64,000 bases of DNA from Raillietiella orientalis. Its lineage: Eukaryota. The stretch's first letter is position 1. Each line of letters begins with the position of its first letter. Shown piece by piece: positions 53,501 to 64,000 of this stretch. The DNA is taken from contig JAYWIR010000008.1 in NCBI GenBank assembly GCA_036172245.1, forward strand, positions 124,001-188,000, read 5' to 3'. The position numbers and the translations under genes are program-made. The notes under the pieces are model-generated. The model had not been told where the DNA came from. It saw only the letters and a program-made list of their open reading frames with translations, and made no database searches.

Positions 53501-54790
53501 TTGCAAACGGTTTCGCCAGCCGCAAACCTTCGCCTCTGGATTTTGTTGACATGCGGTAGCCGCGGTAACCGCGTTCGGCGCGGGCAGCAGCGCGAGGGCG
53601 TTGGCGAACGCATGCCGCGTTTCCGGAAACGTGGAAATTACGAAGGCCAATTTCTCCTTTCCCCCCCCCCCCTCTCCTCCTCCTCCTCTCTGCTTCTTAC
53701 TTTCCTTTTTTCTTTACTTTTTTTAAAAAAGCAAAAAACAAAACAAAACAAAACTGGCAGGTGCTTTTCTTCCCGCGTATTTTTTTTTTTTTTTCACCTA
53801 TCCGAAAGGTAACGACAAAGATGGCTTACGCGCAAGAGATCCTTGTAGCAATGCAACGGAAGTATTGTGAGCGACTGGAATTTGCATTTGATCCTCAGGG
53901 ATGGCTTTGGTCCTTTCGATGTCTCCTTCGACAGGCACGCCTGGTACCATTTTTCCACCATGTAGCGACAGGTGACGTCTTGTGCTGGGATGAGCACCGT
54001 ACCTAATTGGGGGATGGAGACGAGCTGGTTTGCGGGGGGGGAGGGGGCGAACGGTTGTTCCCCCGTACCTATCAAGTGCCTCCTGGCTTCCTCCTTCTTC
54101 TTGTGCTCCGGCTGCCGGTACAAATTCACCTGGATGGTCGAAATGGGGGGCAGAGAAAGAAACTCGAAACGCTCGCCCCAAAAGCACAGCTCCGTGTGGA
54201 GCTTGGCCGCGGTCTGCGCGTAGGGCGACTCGTCCAAGCACAGCTCACAGAAATATCTAAAACCCAAAGGTGGACGTTTCGGGAGTGTGCAACGGTTTAC
54301 TTTTTTTTGGGATGCAAATTTTTTGCCTCTAAGACCCAAATAACGAGCGAATTTTCTTGCCGGGATTGCTGCTCGTTGCCGGGGCGATCGTTACTATGAC
54401 AAAAAAAAAAAAAAAAACACGAATTTCGTACTGACAAGTAAGGAGGATGACAAACCAGCACAGCTGCGGGATTCCTTCTTCGCTCCTGGATTCCGCCTGC
54501 GAGGTTTCGGACGCACGCGACCTGGTCTCGTCCGTCCTCGAAGGAGCACAGGGTTCCCTAGCAGCGCTCCAGACTGTTGCCATCTGTGCCGGGTCCTGGT
54601 TACGTAAAAGTAATTCATGAGAATGCGATGAGCGAAGGAGTGGAAACACCACACTAAAAGTGCACATTACTATGCCACTGTCCTCATTCCAGGTGGATCT
54701 GTCATTAAAAAGTGAGGTCGCACAGTCACACAGGCAACAACTCGGGAGACGGGATGAAAGAGGGAAAAACTGAAAGGAAACAAGCCAAAC

Positions 54791-54825
<35 letters not shown>

Positions 54826-56965
54826 CGAAGGAAAAAGAAAGAAAGAAGGAAAAAAAGAGGAGCAATCTGGGAAACACGGTATCCCGCAGGGACGGCGAAC
54901 CACGCACCCATTCTGACGTTCAACGACCCGCCATATTGATTTATTGAACAAACCCGAACGCGCCGTTAGCGAGGATGCACTGTGGAGCCCTCCCCTGGGG
55001 TCGCTGATTGGGACCTCGGCACATCCCCGACGTGTCGCCTGCACGCTTCCGCAAAGTCCGCGCGACTCCAGGGGAGCAGGATCGGTGGTGCGCGTTGTCC
55101 GCGCTCGAAAACGACCCGAGGGGCCCTTCTGGATTGCCCGTGTCCGTGCGGAGAAGCCATTTGGGATGTCGGTAATCGCCGAATTTCCATGGTGAGCGGA
55201 GAGGATTCCTTGCGTGGACGCACCTTCTATGGAAACCGTGTGCTTCGTTAAGCTGCGCTCGATGCCCCCCCGGAGTGTGTGCTGCGAGGACAGTTGCAGC
55301 ACACACTCGCGCGTGCGCTGCCGCCATGGAGCACTGCCCGATCTCCCCCCCCCCAAATACTCTACCACCGTTCCCAGAGCAACACGGCGCCACTCGACGC
55401 TAGCGAGCGAAATGCTCCCAACGGGTTTAAAGAGGCGCGTCGCCGCCAGGTTGTTCGGCAGCGTTGGCCCGGGTGTCAAAAACGCGGAATCTGGCTCCGC
55501 GCACCTTCCGCACCTACGCCGCAGGGAGTGGGAGCAATCGATCCCAATTTCGAGGGAGCTATTTTCGGAGCTTGGGTGTCTCCTCGCAAGATGTCTGTCA
55601 GGACACGTGTTCGGGCGCTTTCGGAGGCGTTTCGCCACATCCGGAGAAGTGCGTGCACAGGTAATACGTGACCCACCCACCCACCCCTCCCCCACGCGAG
55701 AGCGGAGGGAGGATCCGTGAGGGAGGTCGGAGGAATGCACCCCCGTCAAGAACACCAGACGACTTGTGCCATTTCCTGCAAAGGAGTCCCAAAACAAAAG
55801 CTATACCGTTTCGTACGCAGTCAACTTGTCCAGGTGCTCCCGGCAACTCGAGGCATGCACTGGCTTGTCCCGACGCAGCTCCCCCTTCCCCTCCACCGAA
55901 TCAAGGAAGACACCGGTGAGATGGAAAAGCAAAGGTCGTCGTCCTTCCTGCAGAGGGCAGTCGATCCCGAGCAGTTCCGCTTCCTTAGGGGCACGGGAGC
56001 AACTGGGATTCAGGGATTCCGTTCGCGCAATGAAATACTCGGGCGCGTGACAGTGGTCTCACTCAGACTGCACCGCGGGGAAGAGCAAGCCGAACAGATG
56101 GGTGGTCGCGATGGCGCACACAACTGGAGCGCGTTCTGGAAGTAATCGCGCGAACGACCGGGAACGAGCCGACAACAACAGAATGCTTCGAACTTGTCAA
56201 AAGGATGCTGAGGGGGAAGGGGGAACTCTGGAACAAAATTGCCCCGGTTCAATCGCTCGCGCGCGTCGTCACCGACAACTGGAGCTGCCGGGACACTACC
56301 CGACAACGCGCCAGACGGCATCACCCAGGGACAGTGTCACTTTACGCACGCACACACAAAGGGAGGAGGGGAGGGGAGGGGAGGGGAGGGGGGGGGGAAG
56401 GCCACAGTGCATCTCGACAGGGAGCACCGGGACGAAAATCGGGAACAGCAGCACCCTCTCCCTCTCCCTCCCTGCCTCTGCCCTTCCAACCATTCAGATT
56501 TCCTCCCCCCCACCCCGCCGTCAGGACTCGCCTTCGCTAGCTTCCAGTCCTGGGCCGCCACCACCGCCGCCGCCGCCATCGTTCTCGCCCGTCAACGATG
56601 GCACGGAACCACCGTTGCCGGTCGACGCTGCGGCAACGGCGCACGCGCGAGCCAGCGCAGCGAGCGGACTGCAGCGAAATCGGCGCGCGTTTCCATGTGC
56701 CCCCCTCCCGTCTCCGCCTCCTCGCTCCATGCACAGAGAGCACACAGTTTCTTCTGCCAAGGATAGCGGAACCCCCCCCCCCCTCCCGCTGCTAGAGGCT
56801 TGGATGCACAGTCTAAGGATTGGTTGCTCAGGGATTAAAAAAAAAAAAATTACCGCTCTACATCCGGCTGCTTTCTCTCGAATTTCGCCGCACTTCTAGT
56901 TCGCTTCAGAGGAACACTTTTCAGCGACCTCTTTCTGAATAAGCTCTGGAATGAAAGCAAACTGA

Positions 56966-56999
<34 letters not shown>

Positions 57000-59577
57000 G
57001 AGGGGGGGGGCGTGGAACACACAGGAGGAGAGGCGAAGACAGAAAGAGGTGGAGGAAAGGGGGGGAAGAGAGAAAAACATTGGGGGAACAGGAGAACCGA
57101 CCGCGCGCGCGCGTCCCGAAAGCGAAGACACCGTCCTCCTGCCGGCGGAGGAGGGGGGGGGCGTCCCAGGGGTGGCCGATTCGTCACAGCCTGCCCTCCG
57201 CCCGTGCCGGTCGGCAGGGGTTGCGTGCCGCCTGCCCGGGACGGCGTTCCAGGAAGGCACGAAGGATGACGGTGCGAGGGCACGTGCAAACAAGGAGGCG
57301 AGGCGAGGCGACCGGCACAGCGAGGGAAGAAGGATAAGAAGAAGAAAAGGTCCTGTTGCTGCAGCTGCTGGGTAGACAAAAGGGCGGACGCGTCCGTCTT
57401 AACGCCGTCCGTCGGAACGCTTCGCCGGTGACGTCGCAGCGGTGTCTCCCTCTTTTTTTTTTTTTTTTTCCTTTTGATTGCTCGCGCGCGCTCAACGGAG
57501 AACGAAACGTGGAGGAACCGGTCGCCGAAACAACCGTGGGGGGCGAGGGATCTCCCCCCAGGCCCAGCTGGAGTCCTGGGGGTTGCCCTACGGATCGTGC
57601 AGCCACTTCCCTGGGCTCCGAAGGACCGCGCTGCCGTCTCACAACGGCGGCGGCACTCGCCTCAACCCCCCGCGGAAAAGGGGGCGCCGCCAGGTCACGG
57701 GAGCAGCAGCGGTTTCAATGAGAGGTCCCTCCGGAAGACGCCAGGGATCGCTGTTGCCTTCCTTCCCATCCTCTCCCCCAGGAGTGCACACTGCTGCTGC
57801 TGCTGCGGGCTGCCCCCTCGTTGCCCATGCCACGAACGTGGGACGCACCGCTCGGACATGTGGAAAAGAGGAAGGGAAAGGGAGGATGAGGAGGGGGGGG
57901 AAGGACAAGAGAGAGGGAGAGGAGGAGGAGCGTGAGGAACGCGGCCGTGAAGTCGGCATGGAGTCCTCCCCCCCCCCTCCCCACTCCTATCCCTCCTCCT
58001 CCTCCCTCTCGCGCACCGCATCTCACTGCCTCGTCGGGTGTCTCCGGCGCAGCCTCGGGGCGCCCCGCACGACCGGTCTCCGTCAGTCCGCCCACCCGCC
58101 CGTCCGGGAAGGCACTTTCCGCCGCCGACACGGTGCCGCCGCCTCGGCGTCCTCGCCCGCATCTGCGGACTCCCCACGCGCCTTCCGTTCGGTTCGCTTC
58201 GTCTCATCGCACGCAGCTGCGCGCTCTCTTCAGGATTTTTTTTTTTTTTTTTTTCCCGTCGTCGTTTTTAGCTTTCTTTTCTTCCCCGTTCGACTGAGGG
58301 AACGATGCTGCCTGGCAACGGGTGCTGCAGTAGCAGCCTGCGGCGGAGGCGGCACGACTGCGCCCGCTACCTGGTGGAAGGGGGGAGGAGAGGGAAGTAC
58401 TTTGTGGGGCTTCCCGGCGCTTCGGCAACCGTGGCGCGCTCGCGCACGCGACTTCGGCTGCACCGGTCATGCGATGACCGCGGGGGTGGGAGTGACCTCG
58501 CAGGAGGGAGAAACGGTAAAATTGGAGGGGGCGTACCTTCGCCCCCTCCCCCCTCTCCCTCCCCAAACGCAGCAGCTTCATTTAGGGACTGCCCCGCAGG
58601 TAGGCAGCAGGGTGCTGAGGGTGCCCACCACCGCGGGCCGCCGCGGTTCCCACGCAGTATACGCGCGCGCGGTTCGCGCACGCGCCGTCCGGACACGGTC
58701 GCCGCTCCGAAGGACGGCAGAGATCGTTGGTCCGCTGGACTCCTCTCGCATGACCCACGTCCCTCTTGACCCCTCTTTCAGCCTTAGAACGACCAAGCAG
58801 CAAGCCTGCCGCGTCGGATTGCAGGAAAAGCCAAACAAAAAAAAAAAATAAATCGCGGAGATGGGTCGGGCCCCCCTCCTGCCCCTGTGACAAGGAAGAC
58901 GCCTTTGGGCAAGTAGCGTGGGCTTACGGTTCTTTTTTCGAAAAGAAAGGCAGGGCGTTTTCTCCCCCTTCTCCCCCCGCTTTGTTTTCCAAACAGCTTG
59001 TGGCTGGCCAGGTCACGGGGTCTGGCGCGGCATTCGACTCGAAGCACTTCGTCAGATAAGAAGACCGCGCGTCACGCAGCGACACGCTTCAGCACAACAA
59101 GGAGGAGGAGGGGGGGGGAGCTCCTGGCTTCGCGTGCCGGTAAGCGAACGGGGGGATCACCGGTCAGTGCCATCACTACTGGTGGAAAGCTGCGCGAACG
59201 GCAACGCGCGGGGCACAGGAGCGAGGGACTCCGGGGCGGCTGCCGTCCAGGGAGCCAACCCGCAGCGACAGGAAAGACAGCCGCAGGTATTTCCCTTTCT
59301 TCTTTTTTTGCTCTCGCCCCCGCCCCCCTTTTTCCTTACTCGGTCAAGAGGAGGACGGGGGGTGGGGGGAGAGGCTCTCGCAAGAAGCACCGCCATCAAG
59401 GTTAGAAGAGCATCGATCCGCAGAAACAACCGAGAGCAAAGCAGCATGTTCGGAGGAACCACCCACTTACCGCTAATCTGAAGGACGCGCCGACGGTTTT
59501 CGCTCCATGGGAACAGCCCGACGGCGAGGCGAGGGAATTCCCCTTCTGGTTCCGGATCGCTCTGTCGTAAGAGGAAT
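44539..59577 (-). CDS. raskol: Ras GTPase-activating protein of the raskol/gap-2/RASAL2/DAB2IP/SynGAP family (C2, RasGAP and coiled coil); 5' end and extreme 3' end uncertain
   Basis: In-frame exons: 59577-59471 (DSSYDRA), 56945-56854 ([25 protein letters not shown]), 54653-54456 ([11 protein letters not shown]), 54393-54301 ([12 protein letters not shown]), 54256-54069 ([23 protein letters not shown]2), 54002-53830 ([19 protein letters not shown]), 46569-46398, 46339-46081 ([13 protein letters not shown], arginine finger), 46034-45886 ([20 protein letters not shown]), 45816-45650 ([28 protein letters not shown]), 45605-45453 (IDLGKELS), 45384-44731 (PLVFNNPVY), 44676-44539 (YQRKIEDLK). Confidence 0.88.
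52068..52094. repeat. (CA)n microsatellite
   Basis: Direct read: acacac... run. Similar runs near 47847, 54794 and 62628. Confidence 0.9.
56973..56999. repeat. (GA)n microsatellite, which is a (TC)n pyrimidine tract on the minus strand upstream of the 56946 acceptor
   Basis: Direct read: agagagag... run. Confidence 0.85.
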
Positions 59578-60358
59578 CTGAAAAGCATCGTCGGTGTAGC
59601 AGCGTTCGCGTTGCCAAAGGGCTCGCTCGAGCTCATTGTGTCGCCTGCTGCTGCTGCTGCTGCTACCGGAAAGGACAACCATCGATCTCGCCTAAAGGTC
59701 AAAAATGTGTGACGAAAGGACACGATGGGAAAAAAAGATCTGTCAAGGTGGCACGCTTTTGAAAAGCCACACGCGCACTCCGACCAGCGTCTCTTCTCCG
59801 CCTCTCTCTTCTCTCTCTCTCTCTCTTTTTCTATACATAAAGGGGTAAAAATCACGATCAGGGATCAAAGAGTCTTTATGTACCAGATAGCCAAATGGTC
59901 ACGTGCAACGGCAGCAGCACGGTGGTGCGACGGATGGCGCGCAAGCATTCTTTTTTTTTGTAAGCACCCGGAAAATCAGCTTTTTCTTTCGCCCGATAGC
60001 TCCTTGCTAAATCTACGTGGTCATTTCCGGCAACTACGTGCGGGGGGGGGGGGGGAGGTCAGGTGTTGTTCGTTTACCGCGCTCACGTCAGCACCTCTAC
60101 CCACGAGAGGAGCTCTTGCTGTTCCTCGTGCACGAGCGCCCGCTGGGCAGCAGCCCAAAGTGACGGCGCATTTCCATTCTTATCTGCTCCGTCGCCGCCT
60201 GCGCCTCTACGCGTGAAGAGTTCGGTTCTGTTACCAGCACGCCCTCTCCTTCAGCGGCAGGACGGCTTGGTGAGCGCTTCTGCGACCACCCCAAAACTTA
60301 AATGCATTAGTTACATCCAAACAGGGTGCCCCCCCCCCCCATCCATCCATCCATCCAC

Positions 60359-60577
60359 CATGTGTGCTGAAGTCCACGTGCGCCTTCAACTTTGCTTTCC
60401 CCATTACGTCGACCTCCCAGCCCCAGAAGTCATCGTCGGCACTGATTTCATTCACAACCTCGCTGCGCATGCTCCACGCTCTTTCCCGTCTCCAAGGCTT
60501 TTCGTCCAATCGCACCGTAGTTGGGGACACGGGGTCAGTCCGCAATAGAAGCAACCGAAAGGCGTCCTCCATAAACA
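60359..60577 (-). CDS. Tentative upstream coding exon of the RasGAP gene
   Basis: CAG acceptor at 60578, an open frame FMEDAFRLLLLRTDPVSPTTVRLDEKPWRRERAW...STH, and a phase-1 donor (GTGGAT, weak) compatible with the 59577 exon. The DAF/VRLD words loosely resemble arthropod raskol N-termini as I recall them. Confidence 0.4.
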
Positions 60578-60823
60578 CTGCGCGAACGACGCGCACACGC
60601 GGAAACCACGGTTCCTGAGCTTGGAAAACTCGTTCTCTGGAGCATCTGCGCCTCTCTCTTCCCACCCCCATCTGACCCGACGCTGCCATGAAGTTTCACC
60701 GATTGATTGTCGATAAGCTGCGCGACGGTGTTTTTTTTTTTTTCAAAAGAACATTCGAGCAAAAATACCACATCGATCAGCGCACTGAAAAAGACACACA
60801 CACACACGCGCGCGCGCGCGCGT

Positions 60824-60825
<2 letters not shown>

Positions 60826-60861
<36 letters not shown>
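60826..60861. repeat. Poly(A) run preceded by (CA)n(CG)n
   Basis: Direct read: 36 consecutive A after cacacacacgcgcgcgcgcgcgtgc. Confidence 0.85.
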
Positions 60862-60864
<3 letters not shown>

Positions 60865-63267
60865 CACTGTCTTCAAAGACACACACAAAAAATAGTTGGT
60901 ATATATATTTGGGAAGCTGACGTCCAACAAGCACAGCCACCATAGACTCATTTTTTTTTTTTTTTTTTTTGCATTTTCTTTCTTTCTATGACGGATGAGT
61001 GCGTGTCCGATGGCGTGCGGCTCGAAACGCCTGCGTTGTGGCTCCCGCGGTCGTCCACGCGAGGACACGGCAAACAGCCGGGGCGAGCCGAGTTGCCAGG
61101 CGAGACCGACGCAGCCGCCTGGCACCGCCGGAACGATTTCCCAGTCAGCGGGCGGGCCGCCGCCCTCCCTCCCTCCGTCGTCAGGGGGCGCCAGGGGGAT
61201 GACCGGCAGGCGGAACCTCCCGGCAGCGGGCACGGAGCGGAAGAGCGCAACTTCGGCGGTGCGCCAACTCGGTCGAGCCGCCGCGACCGGACCGAAACGA
61301 GAGAGGGGAAGCCTCTCCCTCCCTCCCTCCCTCTCTTCCAGAATCTTCGGGTTGCAGGCACTCGGTTGCGGCCACCGCAGCTGCTTCCGTGATCGTCCGA
61401 CCCCGCGTGCCCCGGCGAGGAAGGGGGGGGTGGGCCAGCGGCGACCTGAGCAGTTCCCACACGTCTCACATCCTCGCGCAGCCGAGACTCGGGGCTGCAG
61501 AAGATCCGACATTCCAGCGTGCATGCAGGAAGAAAATCCGTGCATTCCCTCTAATTAATCACTTCCTTACTGTCAAAGGGAGGCTGACCCACTCCATTGT
61601 TTGTCGGAACGCACGGAGCAGAAAGGACTTGCCCTCCCCCACACGTCCCCACCCCACCCCCCCTCTCTCACACGCACGCACGCGCACAAGAAGAGAAAAG
61701 AGGGGGGGAGGAAGAAGAAGAAGAAGAAGAAGAAGGGGGAGAGAAGGAAGAAAAACAAAAAAAAAAAAACTCGTTTTGGGGTTGCTGCAATGCTGACTCA
61801 CTTGGCTGTGCCTCAGCGCGCATCTCACGGATACACTTGAAAGAGAACGCTTTCCGCTTCTTCGACATCTCGGACGAGCTTGAGAGAAACCGTTCGTGAA
61901 CGGCAGAGGTGTCACCACGGTTCCTGCCGGAGACAAAGCAAAGACGTTTCGCCCGGGAAAAGTTCGTCACGTTTCCCGCGTCGGTCCGGAGCCACGTTGA
62001 AAAACGACGGGGAGCGACGGCGAGAGGAGGTGGTGAGTTTGCCCCATCCTCTCTCTGCGCGCTGCCCACATCACGAGCTAACGTGGCGGCGGGAGAAGAA
62101 CTGAGAGAGGAAGAAGAAGAAGAAGAAGAAGAAGGGGGAGAGGGGGGGGGGCTAGAAAAACACGCATGCCAAAACGCAAGTAACGTTCGTCTGCCAACAT
62201 GAGCGCAGCTGGAATTCGAGCCGCAAAAAGAGCGCGCCCAGCAAGAAGAACAAGCGGAGGGTTTTTTCGGCAGCGCTTCCCATCCTTCCGCCTCCCGGTC
62301 GGGCCTATTCTCTGCTCCAGGAATCCGCCGCGAAGTACACATCGTTTGGGACGGAAAACGCCTTCGGCGGTCAACTTTTCTCGGCAGTTTCGAAACGGCT
62401 CGTTGACTTTTCGAAGCGCCCCTTTGCCATGCACTGCCCCCCCCCCTCTCCCCGCGCGCGCGTCTTTGCACGCGAAACCTTCAACTTCTGCGTGCACGAA
62501 ATGGGGGGGGGGGAGGAGGGAACACTTTGAACTTACACCCCGGTCGGGACTTTGGCAGAAAGGCTTTTCCAGGGAAGCGAATCCTCCCCCCCCCCCTCTT
62601 CCTCTCTCCCCCACTGAATCCGTTTCCACACACACACACACGTTTGGGTGCACCGAAACCCGAGCACGGTCCATCGATCTGGACGCGACAAATTGAGTCC
62701 GCTAGCGACTGCACGAAAAGTCAAAAAAGGAAGAAGGAAGGCAGGAAGGAAGGAAAAATTCGAAAATCCGACGCACGTGTCGAGGCAAGAGCCGCTGGAA
62801 TTGACCCAGTTCATCTGTTCTCGGCAGCAGCTTCCACGAGGCGCATGCGCACCAACCTCACCTTCTCTTTCCTGCTCCTCCCAGTCAGACATGTCATCAT
62901 AGAAACACTGCGAGAAACCCGTACACCGTTTGCTGCTGGTTTTGTTTTTTTTCGAAGTAAACATGAAGTCAAGCTCGGATGTTTTCCAGCATCGAAAGCA
63001 CAGCCTCACAAACACTGAAGGATCACTCCATGGGCGCGACGCGCTCCCCTCCTCCTCGCCTTGGCTCCGCGATCCGCACTCCGCGCAGATTGCGAAACCG
63101 AGCAACTGCAGTCCTCCGCACTCGAAAATATCTGCTGTGACGTCACGGCTCGTTCGCAGAGGAAAAAGAAAAGACCCATCGTTGCGGGCCGCAGAGGTTC
63201 CCTCGGATGGGGGCTTCCTGCCATTTCGTTCAGTAGGGAGCTCGAAAGACGTCGAGGCCACGAGCCG

Positions 63268-63270
<3 letters not shown>

Positions 63271-63304
<34 letters not shown>
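63271..63304. repeat. (CT)n microsatellite
   Basis: Direct read: tctctc... run. Confidence 0.9.
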
Positions 63305-63306
<2 letters not shown>

Positions 63307-64000
63307 CTTCTTCCTCCTCCCTGCTGGCTCGCTTATATGAACGCACGGATTCGGTGCGACTTTTCGCCCTCCGAAATCGCGGCCTTTGCCATCAGCTCAT
63401 CCCGAACCCAAGAGTCGCTTCAAAACTCCCACTATCATTCATCCTTTCCCCGCCCTGTTAGCCTGAATCGAGTCCTCGCAGTTCGTTCGCTGCCGCCACG
63501 GATGCTTCGTCTATCGAATCGCACAGATGTAAGCTCTTGCACGCATTTGTTCGACGGAACGAGTCCTTGGAGCCGTTGCTGTTGTTTGTTCATCTTCCCT
63601 TCCACCACTTGATGGACCTTTTATCCATTCCATTAAATCCCTCCTTGACGGTTCCGGAAAGAGGTCCAACAGGCCGCAGAGTTGTCGCCGCAGATGGTCG
63701 TGCGCGAACACACCTTCATTTTCGGCACACCGCAGTTGCCCGGCTGGGAGTGGCTGGGAGTGGTTGGTCGCAGGGTATCCCGCGTGTTGCATCGTGGCTT
63801 TCCGCTAAGAACATCCGCTTCCTCCGATCAGCCGTGAACCCAAAACTGACCTCCGATCCCAGCAAGGGCGAACCCTCCAGCTGAACGTTGAAAAGCGTTG
63901 TGGCCAAGGCGTGACCACAGGCAAGCAGAGGACGCTCTCCTTGTTGCACCTGCTGGATATCAGAATCGAAGCACCTTCACTTCCGACTCCAAACAAAGCA

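Larger units (their letters stand above)
44240..64000. other. GC-rich, CpG-rich compositional domain with abundant homopolymer and simple repeats
   Basis: Abrupt rise in G+C and CG dinucleotides from the 3' end of the RasGAP gene onward, in both exons and introns. Frequent poly-G/C, poly-A/T, (CG)n, (CA)n and (GA)n runs. Confidence 0.85.

Noticed and set aside
46600..64000. Many long overlapping ORFs on both strands (for example 57478-58851, 54670-55797, 50866-51762)
   Set aside because: Expected by chance in GC-rich, stop-poor DNA. The translations are low-complexity Arg/Gly/Pro/Ala runs crossing homopolymers and microsatellites, and most lie in RasGAP introns.
1..64000. Prokaryotic-type systems (CRISPR arrays, operons, rRNA or tRNA genes)
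   Set aside because: None seen. The window is spliceosomal-intron-rich animal DNA without regular repeat-spacer structure.

Overview
Eukaryotic (invertebrate, most likely arthropod-type) genomic DNA with four intron-containing genes, all on the minus strand: NUDT1/MTH1 (1419-4646), RFC5 (8285-9712), a giant UBR4/purity-of-essence E3 ligase (16685-39104, about 60 introns) and a raskol/RASAL2/DAB2IP/SynGAP-family RasGAP (about 44.5-60.6 kb). There are two non-LTR retrotransposon copies: an old degenerate NeSL/Utopia-type RLE element (about 5.7-7.3 kb) and a young, 5'-truncated L1/Tx1-like element (10824-13070) with a 9-bp target-site duplication. The most notable signals concern splicing. Most introns are only 39-55 nt, and many lack a polypyrimidine tract and end in AAG or GAG. 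In two cases the reading frame requires such an acceptor even though a textbook TTTT(C)AG lies 7 nt downstream. RFC5 carries a U12-type (minor spliceosome) intron with consensus 5' splice site and branch site that is only 44 nt long. The window also splits sharply at about 44.2 kb into an AT-rich, CpG-depleted housekeeping domain and a GC/CpG-rich domain holding the RasGAP, which appears to have lost its PH-domain core. Gene models were assembled by hand from reading frame and remembered family motifs; no database searches were run.
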